From: Nemertoderma westbladi | Taxonomy: Eukaryota; Animalia; Xenacoelomorpha | DNA length: 64,000 nt | NCBI GenBank assembly: GCA_032718475.1 | Contig: JAUCBJ010007580.1 | Coordinates: 124,001 to 188,000 of the forward strand | Direction: 5' to 3' | In this document: positions 30,401-41,185 of the stretch, piece after piece | Numbering within the stretch: the stretch's first letter is position 1 | Layout: each line of letters opens with the position of its first letter | The notes under the pieces: model-generated | Seen by the model: only the letters and a program-made list of their open reading frames with translations | Told to the model about the DNA's origin: nothing | The model's database searches: none | Made by a program: the position numbers and the translations under genes

Positions 30401-33030
30401 TAGGGAAAGGACAACGAATACACTGACCCACACCTTTTTATAATTTATAGAAAGAACCCTGGATACACTGACCCACACCTTTTTATAATTTATAGAAAGA
30501 ACCCTGGATACACTGACACACACCTTTTTATAATTTAGGGAAAGGACAACAAATACACTGACCCACACCTTTTTATAATTTATAGAAAGAACCCTGGATA
30601 CACTGACCCACACCTTTTTATAATTTATAGAAAGAACCCTGGATACACTGACCCACACCTTTTTATACTTTATATAAAGAACCCTGGATACACTGACACA
30701 CACCTTTTTATAATTTATAGAAAGAACCATGGATACACTGACCCACACCTTTTTATACTTTATATAAAGAACCCTGGATACACTGACACACACCTTTTTA
30801 TAATTTATAGAAAGAACCATGGATACACTGACCCACACCTTTTTATAATTTATAGAAAGAACCCTGGATACACTGACCCACACCTTTTTATACTTTATAT
30901 AAAGAACCCTGGATACACTGACACACACCTTTTTATAATTTATAGAAAGAACCATGGATACACTGACCCACACCTTTTTATAATTTATAGAAAGAACCCT
31001 GGATACACTGACCCACACCTTTTTATAATTTATAGAAAGAACCCTGGATACACTGACACACACCTTTTTATAATTTATAGAAAGAACCATGGATACACTG
31101 ACCCACACCTTTTTATACTTTATATAAAGAACCCTGGATACACTGACACACACCTTTTTATAATTTATAGAAAGAACCATGGATACACTGACACACACCT
31201 TTTTATAATTTAGGGAAAGGACAACGAATACACTGACCCACACCTTTTTATAATTTATAGAAAGAACCCTGGATACACTGACACACACCTTTTTATAATT
31301 TATAGAAAGGACAACGAATACACTGACACACACCTTTTTATAATTTATAGAAAGAACCCTGGATACACTGACCCACACCTTTTTATAATTTATAGAAAGA
31401 ACCCTGGATACACTGACCCACACCTTTTTATACTTTATATAAAGAACCCTGGATACACTGACACACACCTTTTTATAATTTAGGGAAAGGACAACGAATA
31501 CACTGACCCACACCTTTTTATAATTTATATAAAGAACCCTGGATACACTGACACACACCTTTTTATAATTTATATAAAGAACCCTGGATACACTGACACA
31601 CACCTTTTTATAATTTATAGAAAGGACAACGAATACACTGACCCACACCTTTTTATAATTTATAGAAAGAACCCTGGATACACTGACCCACACCTTTTTA
31701 TAATTTAGGGAAAGGACAACGAATACACTGACCCACACCTTTTTATAATTTATATAAAGAACCCTGGATACACTGACCCACACCTTTTTATAATTTATAT
31801 AAAGAACCCTGGATACACTGACCCACACCGTTTTATAATTTATATAAAGAACCTTGGATACACTGACACACACCTTTTTATAATTTATATAAAGAACCCT
31901 GGATACACTGACCCACACCTTTTTATAATTTAGGGAAAGGACAACGAATACACTGACCCACACCTTTTTATAATTTATAGAAAGGACAACGAATACACTG
32001 ACCCACACCTTTTTATAATTTATAGAAAGGACAACGAATACACTGACCCACACCTTTTTATAATTTATAGAAAGGACAACGAATACACTGACCCACACCT
32101 TTTTATAATTTAGGGAAAGGACAACAAATACACTGACCCACACCTTTTTATAATTTATAGAAAGAACCCTGGATACACTGACCCACACCTTTTTATAATT
32201 TATAGAAAGAACCCTGGATACACTGACCCACACCTTTTTATAATTTATAGAAAGAACCCTGGATACACTGACCCACACCTTTTTATACTTTATATAAAGA
32301 ACCCTGGATACACTGACACACACCTTTTTATAATTTAGGGAAAGGACAACGAATACACTGACCCACACCTTTTTATAATTTATAGAAAGAACCCTGGATA
32401 CACTGACACACACCTTTTTATAATTTATATAAAGAACCCTGGATACACTGACCCACACCTTTTTATACTTTATATAAAGAACCCTGGATACACTGACACA
32501 CACCTTTTTATAATTTATAGAAAGAACCCTGGATACACTGACCCACACCTTTTTATAATTTAGGGAAAGGACAACAAATACACTGACCCACACCTTTTTA
32601 TAATTTATAGAAAGAACCCTGGATACACTGACCCACACCTTTTTATAATTTATATAAAGAACCCTGGATACACTGACACACACCTTTTTATAATTTATAT
32701 AAAGAACCCTGGATACACTGACACACACCTTTTTATAATTTATAGAAAGGACAACGAATACACTGACACACACCTTTTTATAATTTATAGAAAGAACCCT
32801 GGATACACTGACCCACACCTTTTTATAATTTATATAAAGAACCCTGGATACACTGACCCACACCTTTTTATAATTTATATAAAGAACCCTGGATACACTG
32901 ACCCACACCGTTTTATAATTTATATAAAGAACCTTGGATACACTGACACACACCTTTTTATAATTTATATAAAGAACCCTGGATACACTGACCCACACCT
33001 TTTTATAATTTAGGGAAAGGACAACGAATA
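24411..33030. repeat. Satellite sub-domain containing the diverged monomer type TT(AGG/ATA)GAAAGGACAAC(G/A)AATACACTGAC mixed with canonical monomers
   Basis: GGACAACGAA replaces GAACCCTGGA only between ~24411 and ~33030. The TAAGA variant common before 24.1 kb is absent here, and a TATACTTT variant appears. Confidence 0.93.
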
Positions 33031-35279
33031 CACTGACCCACACCTTTTTATAATTTATATAAAGAACCCTGGATACACTGACCCACACCTTTTTATAATT
33101 TATATAAAGAACCCTGGATACACTGACCCACACCGTTTTATAATTTATATAAAGAACCTTGGATACACTGACACACACCTTTTTATAATTTATAGAAAGA
33201 ACCCTGGATACACTGACCCACACCTTTTTATAATTTATATAAAGAACCCTGGATACACTGACCCACACACCTTTTTATAATTTATATAAAGAACCCTGGA
33301 TACACTGACCCACACCTTTTTATAATTTATAGAAAGAATCCTGGATACACTGACACACACCTTTTTATAATTTATATAAAGAACCCTGGATACACTGACC
33401 CACACCTTTTTATAATTTATAGAAAGAACCCTGGATACACTGACCCACACCTTTTTATAATTTATAGAAAGAACCCTGGATACACTGACCCACACCTTTT
33501 TATAATTTATATAAAGAACCCTGGATACACTGACCCACACCTTTTTATAATTTATAGATAGAACCCTGGATACACTGACCCACACCTTTTTATAATTTAT
33601 AGATAGAACCCTGGATACACTGACCCACATACCTTTTTATAATTTATATAAAGAACCCTGGATACACTGACACACACCTTTTTATAATTTATAGAAAGAA
33701 CCCTGGATACACTGACCCACACCTTTTTATAATTTATATAAAGAACCATGGATACACTGACACACACCTTTTTATAATTTATATAAAGAACCCTGGATAC
33801 ACTGATACACACATTTTTATAATTTATAGAAAGAACCATGGATACACTGACACACACCTTTTTATGATTTATATAAAGAACCCTGGATACACTGACACAC
33901 ACATTTTTATAATTTATAGAAAGAACCATGGATACACTGACACACACATTTTTATAATTTATATAAAGAACCCTGGATACACTGACACACACATTTTTAT
34001 AATTTATATAAAGAACCCTGGATACACTGACACACACATTTTTATAATTTATAGAAAGAACCATGGATACACTGACACACACATTTTTATAATTTATATA
34101 AAGAACCCTGGATACACTGACACACACCTTTTTATGATTTATAGAAAGAACCCTGGATACACTGACACACACCTTTTTATAATTTATAGAAAGAACCCTG
34201 GATACACTGACCCACACCTTTTTATAATTTATATAAAGAACCCTGCATACACTGACACACACCTTTTTATAATTTATAGAAAGAACCATGGATACACTGA
34301 CACACACCTTTTTATAATTTATATAAAGAACCCTGGATGCACTGACACACACCTTTTTATGATTTATAGAAAGAACCCTGGATACACTGACATACACCTT
34401 TTTATAATTTATAGAAAGAACCCTGGATACACTGACCCACACCTTTTTATAATTTATATAAAGAACCCTGGATACACTGACACACACCTTTTTATAATTT
34501 ATATAAAGAACCCTGGATACACTGACACACACCTTTTTATGATTTATATAAAGAACCCTGGATACACTGACACACACCTTTTTATAATTTATATAAAGAA
34601 CCCTGGATACACTGACACACACCTTTTTATAATTTATATAAAGAACCCTGGATACACTGACACACACCTTTTTATAATTTATATAAAGAACCCTGGATAC
34701 ACTGACCCACACCTTTTTATAATTTATATAAAGAACCCTGGATACACTGACACACACCTTTTTATGATTTATAGAAAGAACCCTGGATACACTGACACAC
34801 ACCTTTTTATAATTTATAGAAAGAACCCTGGATACACTGACACACACCTTTTTATAATTTATATAAAGAACCCTGGATACACTGACACACACCTTTTTAT
34901 GATTTATAGAAAGAACCCTGGATACACTGACACACACCTTTTTATGATTTATAGAAAGAACCCTGGATACACTGACCCACACCTTTTTATAATTTATAGA
35001 AAGAACCCTGGATACACTGACCCACACCTTTTTATAATTTATAGAAAGAACCCTGGATACACTGACCCACACCTTTTTATAATTTATAGAAAGAACCCTG
35101 GATACACTGCACACACCTTTTTATAATTTATAGAAAGAACCCTGGATACACTGACACACACCTTTTTATAATTTATAGAAAGAACCCTGGATACACTGAC
35201 ACACACCTTTTTATAATTTATAGAAAGAACCCTGGATACACTGACCCACACCGTTTTATAATTGATTTTTATTTTTCAG

Positions 35280-35449
35280 TGGTGGTATTTGCCCCTCTAG
35301 GCAATGCCTGCAGAGCAGCTTGGGCGGGCGGTGAGGCCGCAATGACTGCATTCTGTGACACACTTCCATGGTGGCTAGTTCATGCTTGCAAATTAGTAGT
35401 TGGTCTGGCTGAGGATGCTTGCGAAGAATTCTGTAGTTGGTTTGATTGA
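35280..35449 (+). CDS. Putative terminal exon (phase 1) of a small secreted cysteine-rich peptide: (x)VVFAPLGNA-CRAAWAGGEAAMTAFCDTLPWWLVHACKLVVGLAEDACEEFCSWFD*
   Basis: Acceptor TTGATTTTTATTTTTCAG ends at 35279. It is followed by 55 open codons to TGA 35447-35449, with 5 regularly spaced Cys and a hydrophobic start ending G-N-A (like a signal-peptide end). AATAAA occurs near 35622. Too short and ATG-less for the ORF track. Confidence 0.6.
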
Positions 35450-36223
35450 AGTCACTATCTACAAAAACTACTGGCAGACATTCAGGCCAAACTATTTTAA
35501 TGATGTGAAGGTATTGGTGGTATGTATGGTTTGGTTATTGAGGGTGGGTATAATGTATTTTATTTATCGATAAATGATATCATGCACAACATGGGTTCAT
35601 ATAGTTTAGTAGATGTATCGAAATAAATAAAGATTGTAAATGTATTTTAGATGGACATTCACCTAACTGGTTGTTAGAAGGCATATCAGTTTCAATATCA
35701 GTGCTAAACAGTTGTGTTTAATCCGAAGGATCAATTGGCTGGCTAGTTATACTCTTTTGGCAGAAAAAAACGACTAAACTTTTAGGAAGTGAAGTGGTGG
35801 TGGTGAGGAGGTATTCACAACACAAACAAAAGACATCATAGATCTGCAGAGCTCTGAATGACTCAGCTTTTATTTGAAAACAAAAAGATATGGGTTCAAC
35901 TTTGGGCTACATTATAGTCAAATAATGTGTTAAATATAGTATTATCTTGGAGTGTATTAATGTAAATAAATTACCCATATGAAATTTTTTTAAACTTAAA
36001 ATATCCTACTACTACCTACGATCAGGTGACCTTTACTGGAGGAGTTCCCTTACATATTAGAAACATTAAAACTAGAAATTTATTTTTTTCAAATAGTAAT
36101 CTATAAGAATATTTTATAAATTTCAAGTTTCAAGTTTTCTAGATTCTTAGAGACTAACTGTAGCAAATATATGTTATAGTACATTGTAATAATGCTCTAT
36201 CAACCGCCCCTATTGGGGCTCGA

Positions 36224-36267
36224 ACCCGGTACCTAGGTTTCAAACTTCCGGTTATCATCAGCCGAGT
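36224..36267 (-). ncRNA. Minimal type I hammerhead ribozyme
   Basis: Minus strand reads ACUCGG-CUGAUGA-UAACCGGAAGUUU-GAAA-CCUAG-GUA|CCGGGU. It shows the conserved core CUGANGA/GAAA/NUH, a 6-bp stem I (one G-U), a short stem II and a palindromic stem III (ACCUAGGU). Confidence 0.75.
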
Positions 36268-36544
36268 GTGTGTCCTAAGACCACTGAGCTACCATGGCAG
36301 TAGAAGATTTATTCGCTATGGAGTGGGCTATCATATTTAGTCCTTTTTCAGTCACTCATAGGAAAGTACAACGTTATTCCCGGGCTCTGCCAGAAATGGC
36401 AACCATGCCTCAAAGAATAACTATTATACAGTGTTGCAGAAACCACTGATACCCCGTATGCCGGTCATGCTTGTTAATTAATTATAAATGAATTGTTGTG
36501 GGGTGGGTGACGGCGGTAGCTCTGGTAGCTCAGTGGTCTTAGGA

Positions 36545-36589
36545 CACACGTCTGATGATAACCGGAAGTTTGAAACCTAGGTACCGGGT
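36545..36589 (+). ncRNA. Second hammerhead copy with intact core but a damaged 5' strand of stem I
   Basis: CTGATGA 36552-36558, GAAA 36572-36575, CCTAGGTA 36576-36583. Upstream reads ACACACGT instead of ACACACACTCGG. Confidence 0.55.
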
Positions 36590-37433
36590 TCGAGCCCCAA
36601 TAGGGGCGGTTGATATTTTACGCTATGGAGAGCATTATCATAATGTACTATAACATATATTTAATTCGCTGTCACTCATCCCACAACAATTCATTTATAA
36701 CTGTAGCCAATAATTACTAGCAGTTTGCCCCTGACGTTGGTGTGATTCAGTGAGGGTGACATACCTCACTAGATTAGTGAGGTAAGATTGTATGATTTTA
36801 TTTTAGCGTGTAAACATATAGTTCTGTTCCTAGATCACTTTTAAATCAAATTGTGAGTCAGTTGTAGTACATATACTAGTATAGTACTATAGTAGTTCAT
36901 ATCTGTACCTGTGTTATTTTCGTATATTAAAAATTAAACTGTAACCTATGTTATTAAGTTATCGCTTATTGTTTTGGATAGAAAAGCCCGACACTGTCAG
37001 CTGATCTTTCCGTTAATTAAGAAAAGGAGAAAACTGGGGAGAAAACTGGGGAGTGTTCTCAGCCTAGGCTGAGAAGACTGGGAAGTCATATAATTATTTG
37101 GTATAATATCAAACTTTAGCTAAATCAGTTGCGGCCACACTCACAATGTATTAGTCATAACCTTGTAATGCAACAGCATGACCAGATCAATTTGGATTTT
37201 CAAATCTTTATTAACCCTTTGCTGCTCAAAATTATTTTTACTGGTTTAAAATTTTTTTGGTTTAGATAAACTGAAAACAGTCTAAAAGAACACATTAACG
37301 CCAAAAATTTTTTTTTATTATTTGAATATTTTTAATGAATGTTGTTCAGGAATAACAATGAGCATTAATGGTATTTTTTGGTAAAAGTATCTGATCTCTA
37401 TTTATTGTTTAAAGTTCATTTAAGATCACACTG

Positions 37434-40038
37434 TTTTTTTAGAATATTACAACCTTATTTTCTTATAGCACAATGAGGCAAACTAACTAGATTAATATAA
37501 ACTACCTACCTAACTATTATACAAAAGTTCAAGATCAGTCTAACCCGCTGAGTCAGTGGGGGGCGCGGGGGCAGCTGGCGACAAAACCTCGTCGTAGAGG
37601 CCGTCGGACAGAGGGTCCATAGAGCCGAGGATGGAGGCCGTGTTGCCGATCAAGATGGCTACGAGGAGACGTTGGAGGAGGAACCGATGGGATCGCGGCT
37701 CCTGAGTGGCTGCGTGGAGGCGTCGGCCAACCTCCTTAAGGAATGCAGCCGTCTCAGGACCGGGCCGACCGAAGGTCTCGAATGCTACCGGGTAGAAGAG
37801 GTAGCTCCCTAGGACAGTCAGTTCCTCGTATTTCTTAATCTTTGAGTTTTCCGCCTCCTCGACAACACGGCGGCCGGCCTGCGTGCTCTGGGCGAGATGA
37901 CTGGGAGCGAGGGGATCGACGACGGTCGCATCCCAGGTCATCGGCCGGCCCCCACTCCATGATTCGAGGGTAACGCCATCGACACGCTTCCCATCAGCTC
38001 TACACAACCCGACCGGTTCAAGGCGAGCTCTAACCCCACAGGAGGCCAATGCACGTTTCACTATGTCGTTTAACATAGAGTGGCGTGGCAGCCTCCCGGC
38101 GCTTCTCACACAGGATAGTCCGTGGAGACCATCCGGTTTTACTTCGGATCCGCACCGGGAGCACCTGTGGGGTTCGGTTAACTTGCAACCGAGGCGTGTG
38201 GCGACAGAAACCCTGAACTGGGAGTCCGTGAGTTTCAGCCCTAGCGAGCTGATGGGAATAGCGTCCAGCCAACAACCGGATACCGGGTCGTCGACAACGT
38301 TAAGGCGGGCGATCTCGAGTGGCGTTGTTGTGGCCGCCCGCAGTGCCGCGCGGTTCGCCTCATGGAGTGGCTCCATCCAGGCCCTCTGTATGGTGGTGTC
38401 GGTTGGTGTGGTGGTTCCGGCGGGGAGGGCGGCCTTCCACACCTCGTGGGCGCGTGGTACCGAGGCGGGTTGTCTGGAGGGCTCGAATAAGCGGCTCGAG
38501 AGAGCAGTGCACGCAGCAGCTGAAGCCAAGTAGGCAGAAGGTGCTAGCTGCAGTGCAGAGCTCAATCCGAGGCCACCCATACGGGCCGGGAGACAGGCCT
38601 GGACCCACGCTGAGTCTGAGATCCGGGTGTTCGCGATCTTCTGGAGGGCACCCCGCAGAGTTGCGTCGTACTCCTCCAGGAGTCCCGGGTGCTGGAAGCA
38701 AGGCGCGGCACGGAGGAAGTAGGTGAGCCGGGGGATGGCGAAGGATTGACAGAGGAGGAAGTACGCGTGGTGAGAGTTGAGGAGGTGCAGCCGGCTGGCG
38801 AGTGTGGCGAGGTCTTCCGCCTTCTCCTGAAGGCAGGATACGGTGGAGGCGACCCCGATGGGGGCACCGAGCATCGTCAGGTCCACGAGCGGGCGGACCT
38901 GGATGCCCGCACAGACCTCGTCGAACTTGCCACGGATGCGCGCGCGGGACTCGTCGGACTCGGCGCCAAGGAAGAAGAGTTCGCTCTTTGCAGGGTTGAT
39001 AACGAGTCCGCACTTCCTCCCCTCCTCTATCACCACACGTAGATCCTCCAGAACAACTCGGTAGTCACAGGCGAGGTTCCCGTCGTCCAGGTACCAGACG
39101 TTAAAACTCGACTTCAGCGACTGGATGGTTGGGTTCACCATGTCGCCGAACAGTCGAGGTCCGTCGGAGTCCCCCTGTTGGACTCCCTCGTCAGAGAGGA
39201 GGGTCTCCTCCCCATAGATGAGGAAGCTGGGTTCTCCGTACGCCGCCAGCGTGTAGTTGTACACGCTGGGGTAACGCTGGTACACAGTCTCGAGGAGGGT
39301 GTCTCGCCGTACCGAGTTGAAGGCGTTGCTGAAGTCGACCTTCAGCAACACAGTCCCCGGATCGGTGTCCTCCGTGGTGAGCAACCGCGCCGCGTGGGCG
39401 GCCGCCTCCGCACCATTCTTTGTCCCGATCCCGAGCTGGTCGCTCCCGTACGACTCCGTCCGTTCCTCCTTGGTGATTTCCCCAACGAACTTCGAGTTTA
39501 GGCACCGTAGGGTGTTGCCCACCGCGATGGGGCGGACTCCACCCCCTTGCTTGGAGAAACCAAACAGGTTGGCGCCAAAGAATGTGGGGCGAACGGATTC
39601 CGGAATGGTGCCGGCGGCCACGACGTCGATGAACCGGGAGAGACTGGAGACAAGTCGGTTACCAGCTTCTCCATTCGTGTGGCCGATGAGATCTTTCAAG
39701 ATCTGCGGCCGCATTCCGTCGGGGCCGCCCGCACTGCCGCACGGGAACGACGCAACGAGTTTCCTGACTACCGCGGGAGAGCAGGGGGGAGTTGTTGGGG
39801 TCACCACGGATGGTGGAGGAGTCCGTCGGTCGTCCGGTCGGGAGGCGTGCTTCAACTTCAGCCTCTCCAAAGTCTCTGGTGTGTTGGGCGCCATGGAGTC
39901 TTTAGAAGACGCCAGGCGAATGGCGCCCTTCACATCGCCATCCTCAATCTTCTCTGCCACCGCTGCAGCGAGACGGATGGAGTCGTCTCGATTCTTGGGC
40001 CGGCGGGATCCGGTGGTGGTGGATCGGGATTCCGATTG
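37434..40038 (-). mobile_element. 5'-truncated CRE-clade non-LTR retrotransposon (RT plus restriction-like endonuclease)
   Basis: Sharp GC-rich island in AT-rich flanks. It contains the RT/RLE ORF, a short 3' UTR and an A-run at ~37434-37440 on the minus strand. Confidence 0.85.
37540..40038 (-). CDS. CRE-type reverse transcriptase with CCHC finger and PD-(D/E)XK restriction-like endonuclease; N-truncated, and the track's start at 40071 lies in the flank
   Basis: RT motifs GSAGGPDG, RPIAVG, VDFSNAFNSVRR, GVQQGD, YLDDG, LGAPIG, GGLGL. C-terminal CSRC...HGLSC, RHSMLND, KRVDG, WDATVVD, KIKKY, PVAFETFG. No internal stops over ~830 codons. Confidence 0.9.
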   Translation of the reverse strand, partial: QSESRSTTTGSRRPKNRDDSIRLAAAVAEKIEDGDVKGAIRLASSKDSMAPNTPETLERLKLKHASRPDDRRTPPPSVVTPTTPPCSPAVVRKLVASFPCGSAGGPDGMRPQILKDLIGHTNGEAGNRLVSSLSRFIDVVAAGTIPESVRPTFFGANLFGFSKQGGGVRPIAVGNTLRCLNSKFVGEITKEERTESYGSDQLGIGTKNGAEAAAHAARLLTTEDTDPGTVLLKVDFSNAFNSVRRDTLLETVYQRYPSVYNYTLAAYGEPSFLIYGEETLLSDEGVQQGDSDGPRLFGDMVNPTIQSLKSSFNVWYLDDGNLACDYRVVLEDLRVVIEEGRKCGLVINPAKSELFFLGAESDESRARIRGKFDEVCAGIQVRPLVDLTMLGAPIGVASTVSCLQEKAEDLATLASRLHLLNSHHAYFLLCQSFAIPRLTYFLRAAPCFQHPGLLEEYDATLRGALQKIANTRISDSAWVQACLPARMGGLGLSSALQLAPSAYLASAAACTALSSRLFEPSRQPASVPRAHEVWKAALPAGTTTPTDTTIQRAWMEPLHEANRAALRAATTTPLEIARLNVVDDPVSGCWLDAIPISSLGLKLTDSQFRVSVATRLGCKLTEPHRCSRCGSEVKPDGLHGLSCVRSAGRLPRHSMLNDIVKRALASCGVRARLEPVGLCRADGKRVDGVTLESWSGGRPMTWDATVVDPLAPSHLAQSTQAGRRVVEEAENSKIKKYEELTVLGSYLFYPVAFETFGRPGPETAAFLKEVGRRLHAATQEPRSHRFLLQRLLVAILIGNTASILGSMDPLSDGLYDEVLSPAAPAPPTDSAG

Positions 40039-40535
40039 GTAAAATAGTAAAAATATTAAAAAAAACCGCAATATTATAATATTTATTTGTGAGATATAAT
40101 CATTTTATCCAGAAAATTATATAGTGATTCGGCGCGAAAAAAAGACCCAAAACATATTAAGCCAAATAGATCCTAAAAGGATCCTAAAAGGAGACCCAAT
40201 CCAATAAATAATAATTTGTTATAGAATATGCATTTTACAGTATGGACAATTTCTGTTTGCCAATTTTACTTTAAGGAATATTTCTTAATGTCTATCCATA
40301 ATTAAAGTTACTAATAATGGATAGTTCTGAAAGAGGACACTTACCGAAATCTAATGAATGCTACCGAAAGTTATGCGAAAGTTATCGAAAATGTTACTAC
40401 TACTACTAGGATTATCAGGCTGCTCTGGGCCGGACATTGCCGAGTTGTATACCTTGCGGGGGGATTTGTGGCGGAGCAGTAACGCAGTCAGAAGTGGAAG
40501 AAGAAGAACCTACAAAGAAAAGAATTGACTACTAT

Positions 40536-41090
40536 TGAGAGCGGATTCAATTCCGCCGCATTACCCTCATAAAGTTGGGAAGTGGCACCTTTTCAGCTAT
40601 ATTGGAGATACGAGATTGATAACAACCAATCTCGAATCACAACCAATAAGCAGGGACAACACAAACCCCCAAAGCCACACAAAGGGAGGTTAGAGGTCAA
40701 ACCACCTCGGAAGGGAAACAACCAGCAGGGGCCAACAGCAGGGGGAAACACTCCCAGAGAGGGGAGAGGCATGAAGTAGATTATCAGCCAATAGGGGCGA
40801 GGGAAGCATCCACTAGGTTAAGAGGCCACAGCAGTATAGTAATTATATGTATATATATTATCCTGCTACCAGTCTGTAAATCAGTTATTCAGTTATTGGT
40901 TTTTAGTGCAGACCGGTGACAATCTTCACCATCACCAATATATCTACATACCGGTACCCTATACAGCTATAGCATCCACTACCTTTGTGCTATTATTCAG
41001 TCATTCATTATTGTTCACCTATATTCAGTTATTGTATTAACACTCAAAGTACCAGAGAGATAACAACAACTCCTATTTATTTCACTACCA
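40536..41090 (+). repeat. 5' LTR (TG...CA, ~555 bp)
   Basis: Starts TGAGAGCGG, matching the 3' LTR start TGTGAGCGG. The right end is inferred from CA followed by TGG. Confidence 0.7.
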
Positions 41091-41185
41091 TGGTGAAGCG
41101 TAGTCCATTTAACCGGTCGGGATCCATTGATCCCGTCACAGTGAAGATTTCCCAATACTACAAACTGTGACTGCAAGAGTAAAAG

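Larger units (their letters stand above)
1..35263. repeat. 45-bp tandem satellite array (consensus CACACCTTTTTATAATTTATAGAAAGAACCCTGGATACACTGAC[C/A]), about 760 monomers, open at the left window edge
   Basis: Direct head-to-tail repetition. Recurrent variants: TGACC/TGACA, TATAA/TAAGA, TAGAAA/TATAAA/TAGTAA, CCCTG/CCATG, 47-bp CACATACC monomers, and shortened TAATTAAGGAACC monomers (~7945, ~15683, ~20405). Confidence 0.99.
36165..36697. mobile_element. Fold-back non-autonomous retroelement (retrozyme/Penelope pseudo-LTR/SINE-like) with a 10-bp TSD
   Basis: TAACTGTAGC at 36155-36164 and 36698-36707. Inverted arms 36199-36294 / 36523-36615 each carry an A-box-like TGGTAGCTCAGTGG and a B-box-like GGTTCGAGCCC. 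A second inverted pair lies at 36482-36514 / 36667-36700. Confidence 0.75.

Noticed and set aside
15-35126. Giant ORFs (up to 1691 aa) of repeated VWVSVSRVLSINYKK, and the plus-strand IYRKNPGYTDPHLFI frame
   Set aside because: A 45-bp monomer is 15 codons and happens to lack stops in one frame per strand. Common variants are mostly non-synonymous, 2-bp insertions break the frame repeatedly, and there are no unique termini.
1-35263. CRISPR array or diversity-generating cassette
   Set aside because: No unique spacers, no cas genes, eukaryotic context; variation is a small set of recurring alleles.
36199-36615. Bona fide tRNA genes
   Set aside because: A/B-like boxes are present, but there is no acceptor stem or anticodon arm; the centre is a hammerhead motif inside a TSD-flanked repeat.
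38030-40047. Many overlapping short ORFs on both strands
   Set aside because: Shadow frames of the GC-rich CRE ORF.
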